Notes: a model not told the origin generated them from the letters alone. Numbered from the stretch's first letter, positions 37,617 through 46,670 are shown. The stretch is DNA of 53,966 nt from an uncultured Candidatus Bathyarchaeia archaeon (GCA_964462185.1 CAYWWV010000001.1:12811-66776); one strand, 5' to 3'. Program-made: numbers and translations.

Positions 37617-38977
37617 TGAGGCTCTTCGGCTCCAACGGTGTTAGGGGGGTGGCCAACGAAGAGTTCACCCCCCAGCTTGCGGCGGCTGTGGCGGCCTCCG
37701 CTGGCCACCTTTTGGGGAGGGAGATGGCTTTGGGCCGCGATGGAAGGACCACCAGCCCCATGTTCAGAGATGTGGTGGCCTCGGCCCTCCTCTCGGTGGG
37801 CTGCAATGTTTACGACTTTGGGGAGATACCCACCCCGGCCCTCCAATACATGGTGAAGTCCAAGGGTTTCGACGGGGGGATAATGGTGACGGCGAGCCAC
37901 AACCCCCCCGAGTTCAACGGGTTGAAGGTTATTTATGGGGACGGTGTGGAGGTGCCCCGGTTCTTGGAGGAGCGCATCGAGGCCTTGGTGTCCCAGGGGG
38001 GGCCTGAGCCGGTGGCGTGGAACCAGGTGGGGAGGGTAACCCACCTGGAGTTCCTAGAGGAATACGTTGAGGCCGTTGTGAGCCACGTGGACGCGGAGGC
38101 TATACGTGGGGCAGGCCTCTCCGTGGCCTTGGACCTGGGCAACGGCGTTGCCTCACTGACAGCGCCAAAGGTGGCGGCGAGGCTGGGTTGCAGGGTCTAC
38201 ACCCTCAACGAGGATATAGACGGCGAGTTCCCTGGGAGGGGGTCGGAGCCAACCCCGGAGAACCTGGGCGGACTTAGGGCGCTGATAAAGGCAACCGGCG
38301 CCTCCATGGGTGTGGGGTTCGATGGGGATGGGGACAGGTCTATAGTGATGGATGAGAAGGGGGAGGCCGTATGGGGGGATAGGACCCTCAGCCTGGTGGC
38401 CCAGGAGTATTTGAAGGAGCACCCTGGGGAGACCATTGTCACCCCTGTAAGCAGCTCCAACAGCTTGGAGGAGGTGGTCTCCAGGTATGGGGGTAAGGTG
38501 TACTGGACGAGGGTGGGGAGCGTGGTGGTGAGCCGGACCATGGTGGACAACGGCTTCAACTTGGGGGGGGAGGAGAACGGGGGAATCATGTATGGGCCGT
38601 TCCTGCCGGTGAGGGACGGCTGCATGACCATGGCCCTCCTCCTCGAAATCATGGCTAGGAGGGGGACTAGCCTCAGCAGGCTCATAGCCGAGCAACCCAG
38701 GCTTTACAAGGGGAAGACCAAGACCCCCTGCCCCAACCACCTCAAGGAGAAAGCCTTGGAGAGGCTTGCTCAGGGTGTGAAGGCCGCCCAGGTTAACACC
38801 CTTGACGGGGTGAAGATCACCTACGAGGATGGGAGCTGGGTGTTGTTCCGGCCCAGCGGGACCGAGCCCATATTCAGGGTCTACGCCGAGGCCGCCCAGA
38901 GGAGCCGGGTCAAAGAGCTGCTAGACCAGCACGTAGCCCTCATAGAGAAGGTGGTCAGCGAGCTAGCCTCTGCATAG
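37616..38977 (+). CDS. glmM: Phosphoglucosamine mutase / phosphomannomutase-family phosphohexomutase
   Basis: MRLFGSNGVRG, active-site TASHNPPEFNG, GFDGDGDR and GEENGG. Confidence 0.85.
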   Translation: MRLFGSNGVRGVANEEFTPQLAAAVAASAGHLLGREMALGRDGRTTSPMFRDVVASALLSVGCNVYDFGEIPTPALQYMVKSKGFDGGIMVTASHNPPEFNGLKVIYGDGVEVPRFLEERIEALVSQGGPEPVAWNQVGRVTHLEFLEEYVEAVVSHVDAEAIRGAGLSVALDLGNGVASLTAPKVAARLGCRVYTLNEDIDGEFPGRGSEPTPENLGGLRALIKATGASMGVGFDGDGDRSIVMDEKGEAVWGDRTLSLVAQEYLKEHPGETIVTPVSSSNSLEEVVSRYGGKVYWTRVGSVVVSRTMVDNGFNLGGEENGGIMYGPFLPVRDGCMTMALLLEIMARRGTSLSRLIAEQPRLYKGKTKTPCPNHLKEKALERLAQGVKAAQVNTLDGVKITYEDGSWVLFRPSGTEPIFRVYAEAAQRSRVKELLDQHVALIEKVVSELASA

Positions 38978-39653
38978 CCCTGGCCAGCTCCAATAGGGCC
39001 TTGTAGGGGTCGGGGGCCTTCACCACCCCGCTGGCCACTAGAATGCCCCGGGCCCCCAACTCGAGGGCGGCCTCAGCGTCCTCCCCGCTGGTGATTCCAG
39101 CGCCGCAAAGGACCTGCACCTGGGGGTCCACGGAGCGCACCCCTTTAACCGCCTCTGAAACCAGCTCGGGCTGGGCGGAGGAGACCGAGACCCCGCTTCC
39201 GATTAGCTCGGGCGGCTCGATGGCTATGGCGTCGGGCTTGTGAAGCGCCGCCTTTTTCGCTGTCTCCACAGTATCGGCGCAGACCACTGTTACCAGGTCT
39301 GCCTCCCTCGCCCTTTTGATGTATTCGCCCAGTCTCTCCAGGGGGACGGGGTGCTCGCTGTGGTTTATCAGGGTTCCATAGGCGCCGGCCTCGGAGACGG
39401 CTTCTGGGAGTATGTATCCTGTGTACTTTCCATAGGTGACGGGGTCTATGTGTTGGGCGAATAGTGGGGTCTCGCTGGAGTCTGCCACAGCTGCCAAGTC
39501 CAAGGCTTGGGGGGCTATGGCTATACTGATCCCAGTCTTCTCGTTCACCCTCTCAGCTAGGCGGGCGAACTCGATGGCTCCCTGGCCCATGCCCTCCCGA
39601 TATGTTTTAAGGTTGATGAGAATCAAAGGGTAATCCAGTATTACAACAGTCAT
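38955..39653 (-). CDS. tpiA: Triosephosphate isomerase (archaeal short type)
   Basis: ILINLKTY, LINHSEH, AIEPPELIGSG and CGAGI. Confidence 0.9.
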   Translation of the reverse strand: MTVVILDYPLILINLKTYREGMGQGAIEFARLAERVNEKTGISIAIAPQALDLAAVADSSETPLFAQHIDPVTYGKYTGYILPEAVSEAGAYGTLINHSEHPVPLERLGEYIKRAREADLVTVVCADTVETAKKAALHKPDAIAIEPPELIGSGVSVSSAQPELVSEAVKGVRSVDPQVQVLCGAGITSGEDAEAALELGARGILVASGVVKAPDPYKALLELARAMQRLAR

Positions 39654-39735
39654 CCTGAAAGAGGTTTAACCCTCCCATGTTTTAATGGTTGTGAGAATCC
39701 TTATCACCCCAAAGGGATTAGTTTGAAGGAAGAAG

Positions 39736-41052
39736 TTGAAAGGCCCTAGGATCGTTGCAGGCCCACCAGGGCCGAAGGTTGCTAAAATACTACGGGGCGC
39801 CGGCTTGGCCCCTGAAGACTATAACACACCCCTGATGGAGAGAGCCGAGGGAGTTTTTATCGAGGACCCCGATGGGAATGTCTTTATAGACTTCATTTCA
39901 GGCAGGTGTGTCGTAAACACGGGGCATCGCCACCCCCGAGTGGTGGAGGCCCTAAGAAACCAGTTGGAGCGGGGTTTCCACTGGCAGGGCGCTGAATCCT
40001 ACAGGCTCGCCCAGAGGCTTGGCGGCCTCCTGGGTATGCCAGGCTGCCAAGCCTACTGGACCCAATCCGGGAGCATGGCCAACGACTTCGCCCTTAAAGC
40101 CGTTAGGAGGGCCACAGGAAGGCCCCAAGTCATATGCTTCCACGGCAGCTACCATGGGGCCAGCTACGCCGGCATCAGCCTTAGCGGATACCACCCGGAC
40201 ATGAAGAGGGGTTATGGCCCCCTAATCCCTGGAATCCACCACATCCCCTACGCCACCTGCTACCGCTGCCCCCTCCACCTGGACCCCGATTCCTGTGGAG
40301 TGGCCTGCCTCGAGTTCCTGGAGCGGGCCGCCGAGACGGTGGTGGCCGAGGAGGAGGTGGCAGCCGTCTTCCTGGAGCCCGTCTTGGGGGACGCGGGCTG
40401 GTATGTGCCCCCCGCGGAGTGGGTGAAAGGGGTGGCAGACTGGTGCCGCAGCGTGGGAGCCCTCCTCGTGGTGGACGAGATCCAGACGGGCATGGGGCGG
40501 ACTGGGAAGTGGTTCGCCTCGGAGCATTTCCATGTGAAGGGAGACGTGGTACTGGTGGGGAAGGCTCTAGCAAGCGGCCTGCCCCTGGCAGCCTGCGTCA
40601 TCCCAGGCAACCTCCTAGACCCAAAAGTAGGCGGGGCCATACCCATCCACGCACAATCATTCATGGCCAACCCCCTCTCAGTGGCGGCGGCACACGCCAC
40701 CCTGGACACCATAGATAAGGAAGACCTCTGCCGAGCCAGCGAGAAAAAAGGGGTGGAGCTAAGGAAAGCGTTAGCCGAGATGGGGGAGAGGTTCCCCTTC
40801 ATAGGGGATGTCAGGGGCCTGGGACTCTTGGTGGGGGTGGATATAGTGGAGACGCCTGAAACCAAGAAGCCTAACCCTGTTTTAGCCAGCTCCATCTGCC
40901 GGGAAGCCTTCAAGAGGGGTTTGTTTATGCTGGCCATGGGTAGCCCTGGGGGGGCGGTGTTGAGGGTTGCCCCCCCGCTGGTCATCACAGAGGAGGAGTT
41001 GGAGGCCGCCCTCCAAGTATTGGAGGAGGCCATGGCCTCGGCCCAGGGCTAA
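39736..41052 (+). CDS. Class-III (acetylornithine/GABA-type) aminotransferase
   Basis: GSMANDFALK, FHGSYHG, LVVDEIQTGMGRTGKWF and the Lys region VGKALASG. TTG start. Confidence 0.8.
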   Translation: MKGPRIVAGPPGPKVAKILRGAGLAPEDYNTPLMERAEGVFIEDPDGNVFIDFISGRCVVNTGHRHPRVVEALRNQLERGFHWQGAESYRLAQRLGGLLGMPGCQAYWTQSGSMANDFALKAVRRATGRPQVICFHGSYHGASYAGISLSGYHPDMKRGYGPLIPGIHHIPYATCYRCPLHLDPDSCGVACLEFLERAAETVVAEEEVAAVFLEPVLGDAGWYVPPAEWVKGVADWCRSVGALLVVDEIQTGMGRTGKWFASEHFHVKGDVVLVGKALASGLPLAACVIPGNLLDPKVGGAIPIHAQSFMANPLSVAAAHATLDTIDKEDLCRASEKKGVELRKALAEMGERFPFIGDVRGLGLLVGVDIVETPETKKPNPVLASSICREAFKRGLFMLAMGSPGGAVLRVAPPLVITEEELEAALQVLEEAMASAQG

Positions 41053-42353
41053 CCCCTGTAGCCCTTCACAAACTCCTCTGTGGCAGAGAGGAACTCCTCC
41101 ACGTCTTCCTCGCTGTGGGCGTTGCTAACCCAGCAGTGGCAAACTGTGGGGGTCAGGTACACTATGTTGTGCTCCAACATATAGGTGAAATAAGCCCTGG
41201 CGGCCTCCACGTCGCCCTTGGCGGCTTCCCCGGCCGATTTGGGGGGGTTAGCCTGGAAGTGAACGGCAAACATACTGCCCACACCTGTCACCGATGCCTC
41301 TAGTTGGGAGCCCTGGAAGATGTCGTCCAGCCCCCTTCGAATCCTCTCTCCCAATCCGTTGACGTGACGGTAAACCCTGCCGTCTAGTAGGGTTTTGATG
41401 GTCGCCAGGCCTGCCGCCATGGAGATGGGGTTGGCGGTGAAAGTGCCTCCGTGGGCGCTCCTTTCCTCGGGTTCACTGTGTTTCTCATGGTCTATGAGTT
41501 CCATGATCTCTTGGGGGCCGCAGAAGGCGCCCACGGGGAAGCCCCCACCCATTATCTTGCCCAGGACGGATAGGTCTGGCTTCACCCCGTAGTAACCCTG
41601 GGCGCCCCCAAGACCCATCCTGAACCCCGTCACCACCTCATCGAAGACCAGTAGAACCCCCTCCTCATCGCAGATCTCTCTCAGGGCCTCCAAGTAGCCT
41701 GGCTCCGGGGTGATGAACCCAGCGGCAGCCATCACCGGCTCCAATATGAAGCAGGCCGGCTTGAAGTCCTTCACCATCCTCCTAGCAGCCTCCACATCGT
41801 TGAAGGGGACTGCCTTGACGTCCTCCACGGCTTTGGGGTTAAGGCCGGCAGACTCCACCCTGCCGTAGGGCCTGGAAACATAGGCGTGTAGCCCGTCATA
41901 GCCCCCGTGCCAACCCCCCTCCACCTTGACCACCCCCCACCTCCCCGTGTAGGCGCGGGCCAGGCGGAGGCAGTACATGTTGGCCTCGGTCCCACTGTTG
42001 GTGAATCTCACCATCTCGGCGCAGGGGATGTGTTTCACGATTTGTTCCGCCATCTCTACCTCCAGTGGGTGGCTGAAGCCATAGTGTGTCCCCAGGGGGA
42101 GCTGGGTCTTCACAGCCTCGACCACCGCCCCAGGCGCGTGGCCCAGCAACAAGGCCCCGTGCCCCATCCAGTAATCGGTGTACACATTCCCATCAACATC
42201 ATAGAGCTTGGCGCCCTGGGCCCGCTCCACGTAGAAGGGGTGGGGCGGCAGCGACCTGATGCTGTAGCTTACGCCCGCGGGGAGCACCCTCCGGGCCCTC
42301 TGGTGCAACCCATAAGACCCCTTGGTCCTTTCTGCGTATCCCATAAGTTCCAC
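41049..42353 (-). CDS. Glutamate-1-semialdehyde aminomutase-like class-III aminotransferase (not a canonical HemL N-terminus)
   Basis: DVDGNVYTDYWMGHGALLLGH, NSGTEANM, LVFDEVVTGFR and the LGKIMGGGFP Lys region. GTG 42353 lies 27 nt from a TATAA box. Confidence 0.7.
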   Translation of the reverse strand: MELMGYAERTKGSYGLHQRARRVLPAGVSYSIRSLPPHPFYVERAQGAKLYDVDGNVYTDYWMGHGALLLGHAPGAVVEAVKTQLPLGTHYGFSHPLEVEMAEQIVKHIPCAEMVRFTNSGTEANMYCLRLARAYTGRWGVVKVEGGWHGGYDGLHAYVSRPYGRVESAGLNPKAVEDVKAVPFNDVEAARRMVKDFKPACFILEPVMAAAGFITPEPGYLEALREICDEEGVLLVFDEVVTGFRMGLGGAQGYYGVKPDLSVLGKIMGGGFPVGAFCGPQEIMELIDHEKHSEPEERSAHGGTFTANPISMAAGLATIKTLLDGRVYRHVNGLGERIRRGLDDIFQGSQLEASVTGVGSMFAVHFQANPPKSAGEAAKGDVEAARAYFTYMLEHNIVYLTPTVCHCWVSNAHSEEDVEEFLSATEEFVKGYRG

Positions 42354-42427
42354 CTATAGTGATGGTCTAAACCAGGGTATAAGAGATCGGCCGCGGGTTT
42401 AAAGAGGAGCACGTCTTAAGGGTCCCC

Positions 42428-43405
42428 GTGAACCCACAGATGGAGGCGGAGCCTGTCGTCAAGCTGGAGATCCCCATGAGGAGAAACCCCCTGGGGAAGA
42501 CCTTCAGCTACCTCTTGAAGGAATCCGCAACCCTCATAGACACTGGGGTGCCCACCAGGGAGGCTATGCGAGCCCTAGAAAGACAGCTCCAGCGAGAAGG
42601 CTTTAAACCTGGGAGCCTCGAAAGGGTGATCCTCACCCACCTACACGTCGACCACATGGGGCTGGCTGAGAGGCTTTCCGCGTTGGGCGTTGAGATATGG
42701 GCCTCCGCCCAGGCTTGTGAAAGGCTGGAAGTCCTCAGGGAGGAGTCCGAGCGCTTCTTCGACCTGCTGGTGGAGGAGGCCCAGGCTTTCGGAGCCCAGG
42801 AATACCTGGCATACGTAGACAGCTTAAGACACCTTCTCCCCCCCACCCCCCCAAACCTGGAGGTAGACCAGACCATAAGAGACGGCCAAACAATCAACCT
42901 CCCTGGAGCCACCCTCAAAGCCATCTGGACCCCCGGCCACGCCCCCGAACACCTCTGCCTCCACTGGGAGAGCCAGCGAATACTCTTCTCAGGGGACCAC
43001 GTGCTCCCCAAGATAACAAGCCACATCTCCCTGCGCCCCCACCAAGACCAAGACCCCCTGGCCGACTACCTGGACAGCCTGGGGAAGGTCGAGGGCTTGG
43101 ACGCCAGAATAGTACACCCAGGCCACCAATGGTCCTTCGAAAACCTCGCCCAAAGAGTCAAGGAACTCCGGCAACACCACCGCCAAAGACTAGAGGAGAT
43201 CCACAGGGCCATTAAGGGGAAAGAGAGAACCGTGTTTCAAGTGGCAAGCCAGGTCCACTGGGAGAGCAGGCCCTGGAGGCAGATGGATTTCTGGACCAAG
43301 AGGATGGCCGCAGCAGAAACCTACGCCCACCTAAAACACCTGGAAAACCTGGGAAAAGCCCACTCCACCCTTAAAAACAACACCCTAAGGTTCACAGCAT
43401 TATAG
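42428..43405 (+). CDS. Metallo-beta-lactamase-fold hydrolase
   Basis: ILTHLHVDHMG and TPGHAPEH motifs. GTG 42428 lies 28 nt after GTTTAAAG. Confidence 0.7.
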   Translation: MNPQMEAEPVVKLEIPMRRNPLGKTFSYLLKESATLIDTGVPTREAMRALERQLQREGFKPGSLERVILTHLHVDHMGLAERLSALGVEIWASAQACERLEVLREESERFFDLLVEEAQAFGAQEYLAYVDSLRHLLPPTPPNLEVDQTIRDGQTINLPGATLKAIWTPGHAPEHLCLHWESQRILFSGDHVLPKITSHISLRPHQDQDPLADYLDSLGKVEGLDARIVHPGHQWSFENLAQRVKELRQHHRQRLEEIHRAIKGKERTVFQVASQVHWESRPWRQMDFWTKRMAAAETYAHLKHLENLGKAHSTLKNNTLRFTAL

Positions 43406-43420
43406 AGAATGGAAAAAGGA

Positions 43421-43450
43421 TCCCTCCCCCCAGAAAACCGGGGGGAGGGA
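43421..43450. terminator. Perfect 11-bp-stem hairpin TCCCTCCCCCC-agaaaacc-GGGGGGAGGGA between convergent genes
   Basis: Read directly. It lies between stops at 43405 (+) and 43465 (-). A termination role is inferred only. Confidence 0.35.
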
Positions 43451-43464
43451 AATGGGGGAGCGTT

Positions 43465-44127
43465 CTACCTCCAGACTTTGATTCCCCGCTCGTGGAGATA
43501 CTGGGCCGCAAGGTCTGCAATGTCGGGGCCCTTGAAGGGAATCTTCAACTCCCGAGCCTTCCCCATGATCTCGTGGTAGTGGATCTCCAAGGGCTTCCCC
43601 TTCTCCTGGTACTCCTCCAATATGGTCTGAGCCACCGCCTCGGCCACACGGAACTTGGGGCTCAGCATACGGTAGTGGTGCTTCAAAGCCCGTGCCACCT
43701 CCTCTGGGGTTGCGCTCTCGATGGCCCACACAGTAGGCCTGGGGCCCCCTTTGCTCCGCTTGACCTTGCTGACCTTGAGCGCGGGGACCAGGACATTCAT
43801 AGCCCTAAGCCTCTTGATAGCCCTGTAGACCGTGGCCTCAGGCATCTTCAATTCACATTGGAGAACCCAGGCGGTGGCAGCGCCATTTAGACAGAAATAT
43901 AGGAAGGTCTCGCTCACTGCGCTGCTGCTGAAAATCTTTTCGCTGAAACACATGAGCTCCTGGATGTTCTTCAATGTGGTTGCTAGGTCGTTTCTCTCGT
44001 TTAGGAGCAGGAGTTTTCGGAAAACGTCTACGTATTTGGCGAAGTTGGGCTCGGTGTGTTTGGCGCCTTTGATCGACGGCTTTTTATTCTTATTAGTAGT
44101 TCTATCTAGGGCTACCGTGTTTGACAC
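43465..44127 (-). CDS. Hypothetical winged-helix DNA-binding protein in a lower-GC patch
   Basis: 220 aa with a Lys-rich N-terminus. The central segment LKMPEATVYRAIKRLRAMNVLV...RPTVWAI reads as HTH plus wing. GTG start. I counted 45% G+C over 43921-43980. Confidence 0.5.
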   Translation of the reverse strand: MSNTVALDRTTNKNKKPSIKGAKHTEPNFAKYVDVFRKLLLLNERNDLATTLKNIQELMCFSEKIFSSSAVSETFLYFCLNGAATAWVLQCELKMPEATVYRAIKRLRAMNVLVPALKVSKVKRSKGGPRPTVWAIESATPEEVARALKHHYRMLSPKFRVAEAVAQTILEEYQEKGKPLEIHYHEIMGKARELKIPFKGPDIADLAAQYLHERGIKVWR

Positions 44128-44182
44128 TTGGATCTAACTCCGGATCCCCATACGGGGTTGAGAAGTTATCAACGCCGATATG

Positions 44183-44189
44183 TTTATAA
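44183..44189. promoter_or_regulatory. Palindromic TATA-like element TTTATAA placed almost equidistantly from both divergent start codons
   Basis: It lies 59 nt from start 44127 (minus strand) and 58 nt from start 44244 (plus strand). I counted 28% G+C over 44161-44220. Confidence 0.35.
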
Positions 44190-44192
44190 GTA

Positions 44193-44208
44193 TACTTGTT
44201 AACAAGTA
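44193..44208. promoter_or_regulatory. Perfect 16-bp palindrome TACTTGTTAACAAGTA in the divergent wHTH/RHH spacer. It overlaps a second perfect 10-bp palindrome AAGTATACTT (44188-44197).
   Basis: Read directly and checked against the reverse complement by hand. Confidence 0.6.
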
Positions 44209-44243
44209 AACAAGTAAACAAATAAACTGGTGGAACAGTAAAC
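44201..44243 (+). repeat. Tandem 8-bp iterons AACAAGTA / AACAAGTA / AACAAATA, plus a degenerate AACA-GTAAAC copy abutting the ATG of the RHH gene
   Basis: Read directly: 44201-08, 44209-16, 44217-24 and 44234-43. Confidence 0.6.
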
Positions 44244-44666
44244 ATGCCACGGAAAACCGTCGCCATCAGAGGCCTGGACACGGAGCTATACACAGAAGTC
44301 TTCGCCATGGCCAAGAAAGACGGTAAGACTGTGGCAGATGTAGTCAACAAAGCATTGGAGCAATTCATCCACAGCGACTACGAGAGAGAGCCCACACCAA
44401 CCAAGTCAGCCGAGTTCATTCTCTCGATAGACGACGAGGGGGAGGTCAGCCTCTCCAAGGAGGACATCAAGGAGATAGCCAAGGAGATGGGCCCCTTCGC
44501 CATCGAGAGCAACGGCCACCTGATTTTTGAGAGGGATGTGGACAAGAACGCCCTCTCCTACATCACAAGGATAAGGGTTAAATCGGGGACGGTGAAGGTC
44601 CCGCGAAGCGCCTACGCCCATTTCTTAATTAAATGCAAGATCCAAGGTAAACTCGACAAGTATTGA
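44244..44666 (+). CDS. Hypothetical ribbon-helix-helix (CopG/Arc-like) protein with an extra C-terminal domain
   Basis: The N-terminus MPRKTVAIRGLDTELYTEVFAMAKKDGKTVADVVNKALEQFI fits beta-alpha-alpha RHH. The ~95-aa C-terminus is unassigned, possibly AbrB-like (GEVSLSKEDIKEI..., GTVKVPRSAY). Confidence 0.5.
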   Translation: MPRKTVAIRGLDTELYTEVFAMAKKDGKTVADVVNKALEQFIHSDYEREPTPTKSAEFILSIDDEGEVSLSKEDIKEIAKEMGPFAIESNGHLIFERDVDKNALSYITRIRVKSGTVKVPRSAYAHFLIKCKIQGKLDKY

Positions 44667-45262
44667 GTCCTCTAGCCTGTAGGGTTGTTGGGGTCCAGGG
44701 GGGTAGCTTCAGGGCATTCGATAGGAGCATGGGTGGGCCCAGGCAGTATACCTCTCTTTGTGCATCTCTTTTGAGGGGGCGTGTTTTGGAGGATTTGAGG
44801 GTTGGGGCGGTTCTGGTGGATGGATTGGACTCCACCGAGGTGCTCCTAGGCCTGGTGGAAGGATGGTCTTTCGACGCCCTGGTGTTGGGGGGCGCCACCT
44901 TTGCTGGCTTCAACGTGGTGGACCCCCTGGCCTTAGTGGGGGAGCTGGGGGTTCCTGTGATCGTGTTTAGCAGTAGGAGGCCGGATATGGAGGCTACTCG
45001 GAAGGCGTTGGTTAAACACTTCCCCGATTGGAGGGAGCGTTGGAGGCGGTATGAGGCCTTGGGGGAGCTATTCGAGTTGCAGTCGCCCTTCGGCTCGGTG
45101 TTCTTCGAGGTGGTGGGGGGGTGCAGGGAGGAGGCTGAGAGGATACTCTTAGACCAAATGGTGTTTGGCAGGACACCTGAGGCGGTGCGCATAGCTGATG
45201 TTGTGGCTAAGGGGGTTAGCCCAGTGATTCAAGGTCGAGGGGGAGTTCCTCGTGGGTTTTAA
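44663..45262 (+). CDS. DUF99 (UPF0215, endonuclease-V-fold) protein
   Basis: LVDGLDSTE, FAGFNVVDPLAL..GVPVIVF and GRTPEAVRIADVVA match my recollection of DUF99. TTG start overlaps the stop of the RHH gene. Confidence 0.6.
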   Translation: MSPLACRVVGVQGGSFRAFDRSMGGPRQYTSLCASLLRGRVLEDLRVGAVLVDGLDSTEVLLGLVEGWSFDALVLGGATFAGFNVVDPLALVGELGVPVIVFSSRRPDMEATRKALVKHFPDWRERWRRYEALGELFELQSPFGSVFFEVVGGCREEAERILLDQMVFGRTPEAVRIADVVAKGVSPVIQGRGGVPRGF

Positions 45263-46670
45263 GGTTAAACAATGAGACGATGCCTGGCGTTGGCTTTAGA
45301 TCCATTCTCCGCTGGAAGGGGGTTTGGTCCTGGAAGCACCCTGTTGACACCAGGGTCACCCCTCTATACCTCTTGGAGCCATATATGTGGATGTGGCCCA
45401 TAACCATAACGTCGGGTACCTGTGTGATAACAAGCCGGTCGGTGGACTCTGGTGCCAGGGGGGTGTTGAGGCCGTAGGTGGGTGCCAAGTGTCTACACCT
45501 TAACAGTAGCTCCATGGCTGTGATGGGGTTGTGAAAGTCGTGTCCAGGAGTGGACCCCAGTATGTCTGTGAGGGCGGTGCCGTGGGCCACCAGCACCTTC
45601 ACGCCCTCTATGTTGACGTAGGTGGGGTTGGGAGCTAGGTGTATGCGGGGGTTCTCATAGAGGCTGGGGGCGTAGTGCTCGTCGATGGGGGGTTGGGGGA
45701 GGCTTCGCCTCACCGCGTCGTGGTTGCCAGGTATGATGAGGGTTTCTATGTGTTTGGGCAGGCCTTCTAGGAGTTGAGCCGCCTCCTCGTATTGGCCCAG
45801 CTGGGTGGAGATGGTCAGCTCACCCAGCTGCTCGGGGTAGACACCTATGCCGTCGACGGTGTCACCCACTAGTACCAGGTACTTCACCTTAGAGGCCAGC
45901 TCTCTGCTTGGCCTGGGGCCAAGTCTCTGGTTCAACCAGTCCAACAGCTTCTGGAATAGATCGCGCCTGAAGTAGTTGCTGCCAATGTGGAGGTCACCTG
46001 TAAAGACCACTAGGGAGTCCTTCTCACTCCTACTAGCTTGGTGGAGGGGAACGTCGGGCCAAATAAGGTCGTTGGCTATGAGTAGCCCCTGGTTGTAGCG
46101 GATGCCCTCCAGGCAGATCACCTGGTCTTTAAGTACCTCCAAGGCCTTGGAAACCAATTCTTGGCCGGAGACCATAGCGGTGGCAGAGGCCTCAGGCGAC
46201 TCTAACTCCAAGAAGAGCCGCCCACCCCTGGTGTATTTATCGGCAACCATGGCGATGGTCTTAAACCGGACCTTCAAGGGAAGCTTCAAGACCTGGGCTA
46301 AGGGGGCCGCATCCCTCAGGTCCATCCTGCTCTTCATGATGGATTCAAGCTGTTGGAACCTACTTTGGAACAACCTGAGGTACCCCTGCGCACTACCAAT
46401 GCTCACAGCCTCTGGCTGGGGGAGGATAACCATCTGTGAATCCACGGGAGCCTTGGCTTCAACAACCTCAAACTCCGGTGTGAAGTGGTGGGGCTCCAAA
46501 ACAAAGACGCCCCCCAAACGCCTAGCACGATCTAGGGCAAGGGATACCAGCCTCTCCACATCCCCGCTTGGCTGGGAGAGTAAAAATTTGTAAGCCTGGG
46601 GGGATATCTGGTACCCCTGGCTGATAACCTCTTCAATCGCCTTCCTGTGAGGCTCTTTCACAGCACACAC
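45216..46670 (-). CDS. polD1: DNA polymerase D (II) small subunit DP1
   Basis: Calcineurin-like phosphoesterase motifs VFTGDLHIGS, LVGDTVDG, IPGNHD, VAHG and MGHIH, after an OB region. GTG 46670 (or 46661) lies just after the cupin stop. The tracked extension to 46787 was rejected. Confidence 0.9.
   Translation of the reverse strand: MCAVKEPHRKAIEEVISQGYQISPQAYKFLLSQPSGDVERLVSLALDRARRLGGVFVLEPHHFTPEFEVVEAKAPVDSQMVILPQPEAVSIGSAQGYLRLFQSRFQQLESIMKSRMDLRDAAPLAQVLKLPLKVRFKTIAMVADKYTRGGRLFLELESPEASATAMVSGQELVSKALEVLKDQVICLEGIRYNQGLLIANDLIWPDVPLHQASRSEKDSLVVFTGDLHIGSNYFRRDLFQKLLDWLNQRLGPRPSRELASKVKYLVLVGDTVDGIGVYPEQLGELTISTQLGQYEEAAQLLEGLPKHIETLIIPGNHDAVRRSLPQPPIDEHYAPSLYENPRIHLAPNPTYVNIEGVKVLVAHGTALTDILGSTPGHDFHNPITAMELLLRCRHLAPTYGLNTPLAPESTDRLVITQVPDVMVMGHIHIYGSKRYRGVTLVSTGCFQDQTPFQRRMDLKPTPGIVSLFNLKTHEELPLDLESLG

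Noticed and set aside
40260-41033. 257-aa ORF antisense to the class-III aminotransferase gene
   Set aside because: It is a Ser/Thr/Ala/Pro-rich shadow ORF.
41049-42353. Assigning hemL to the GSA-aminomutase-like gene
   Set aside because: The N-terminal region reads LPAGVSYSIRS instead of the GGVNSPVRAF-type motif I associate with HemL, and no other tetrapyrrole genes are nearby. I kept it as a family-level call.
44201-44243. CRISPR array or minisatellite
   Set aside because: The repeats are only 8 bp, directly abutting with no spacers, and sit in a promoter. No other repeat-spacer structure was seen anywhere in the window.
43406-44666. Integrated provirus/plasmid or toxin-antitoxin locus
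   Set aside because: There is no integrase, replication protein, capsid gene, PIN/RelE-type toxin, flanking direct repeats or adjacent tRNA. Only a possible remnant or regulatory cassette can be claimed.
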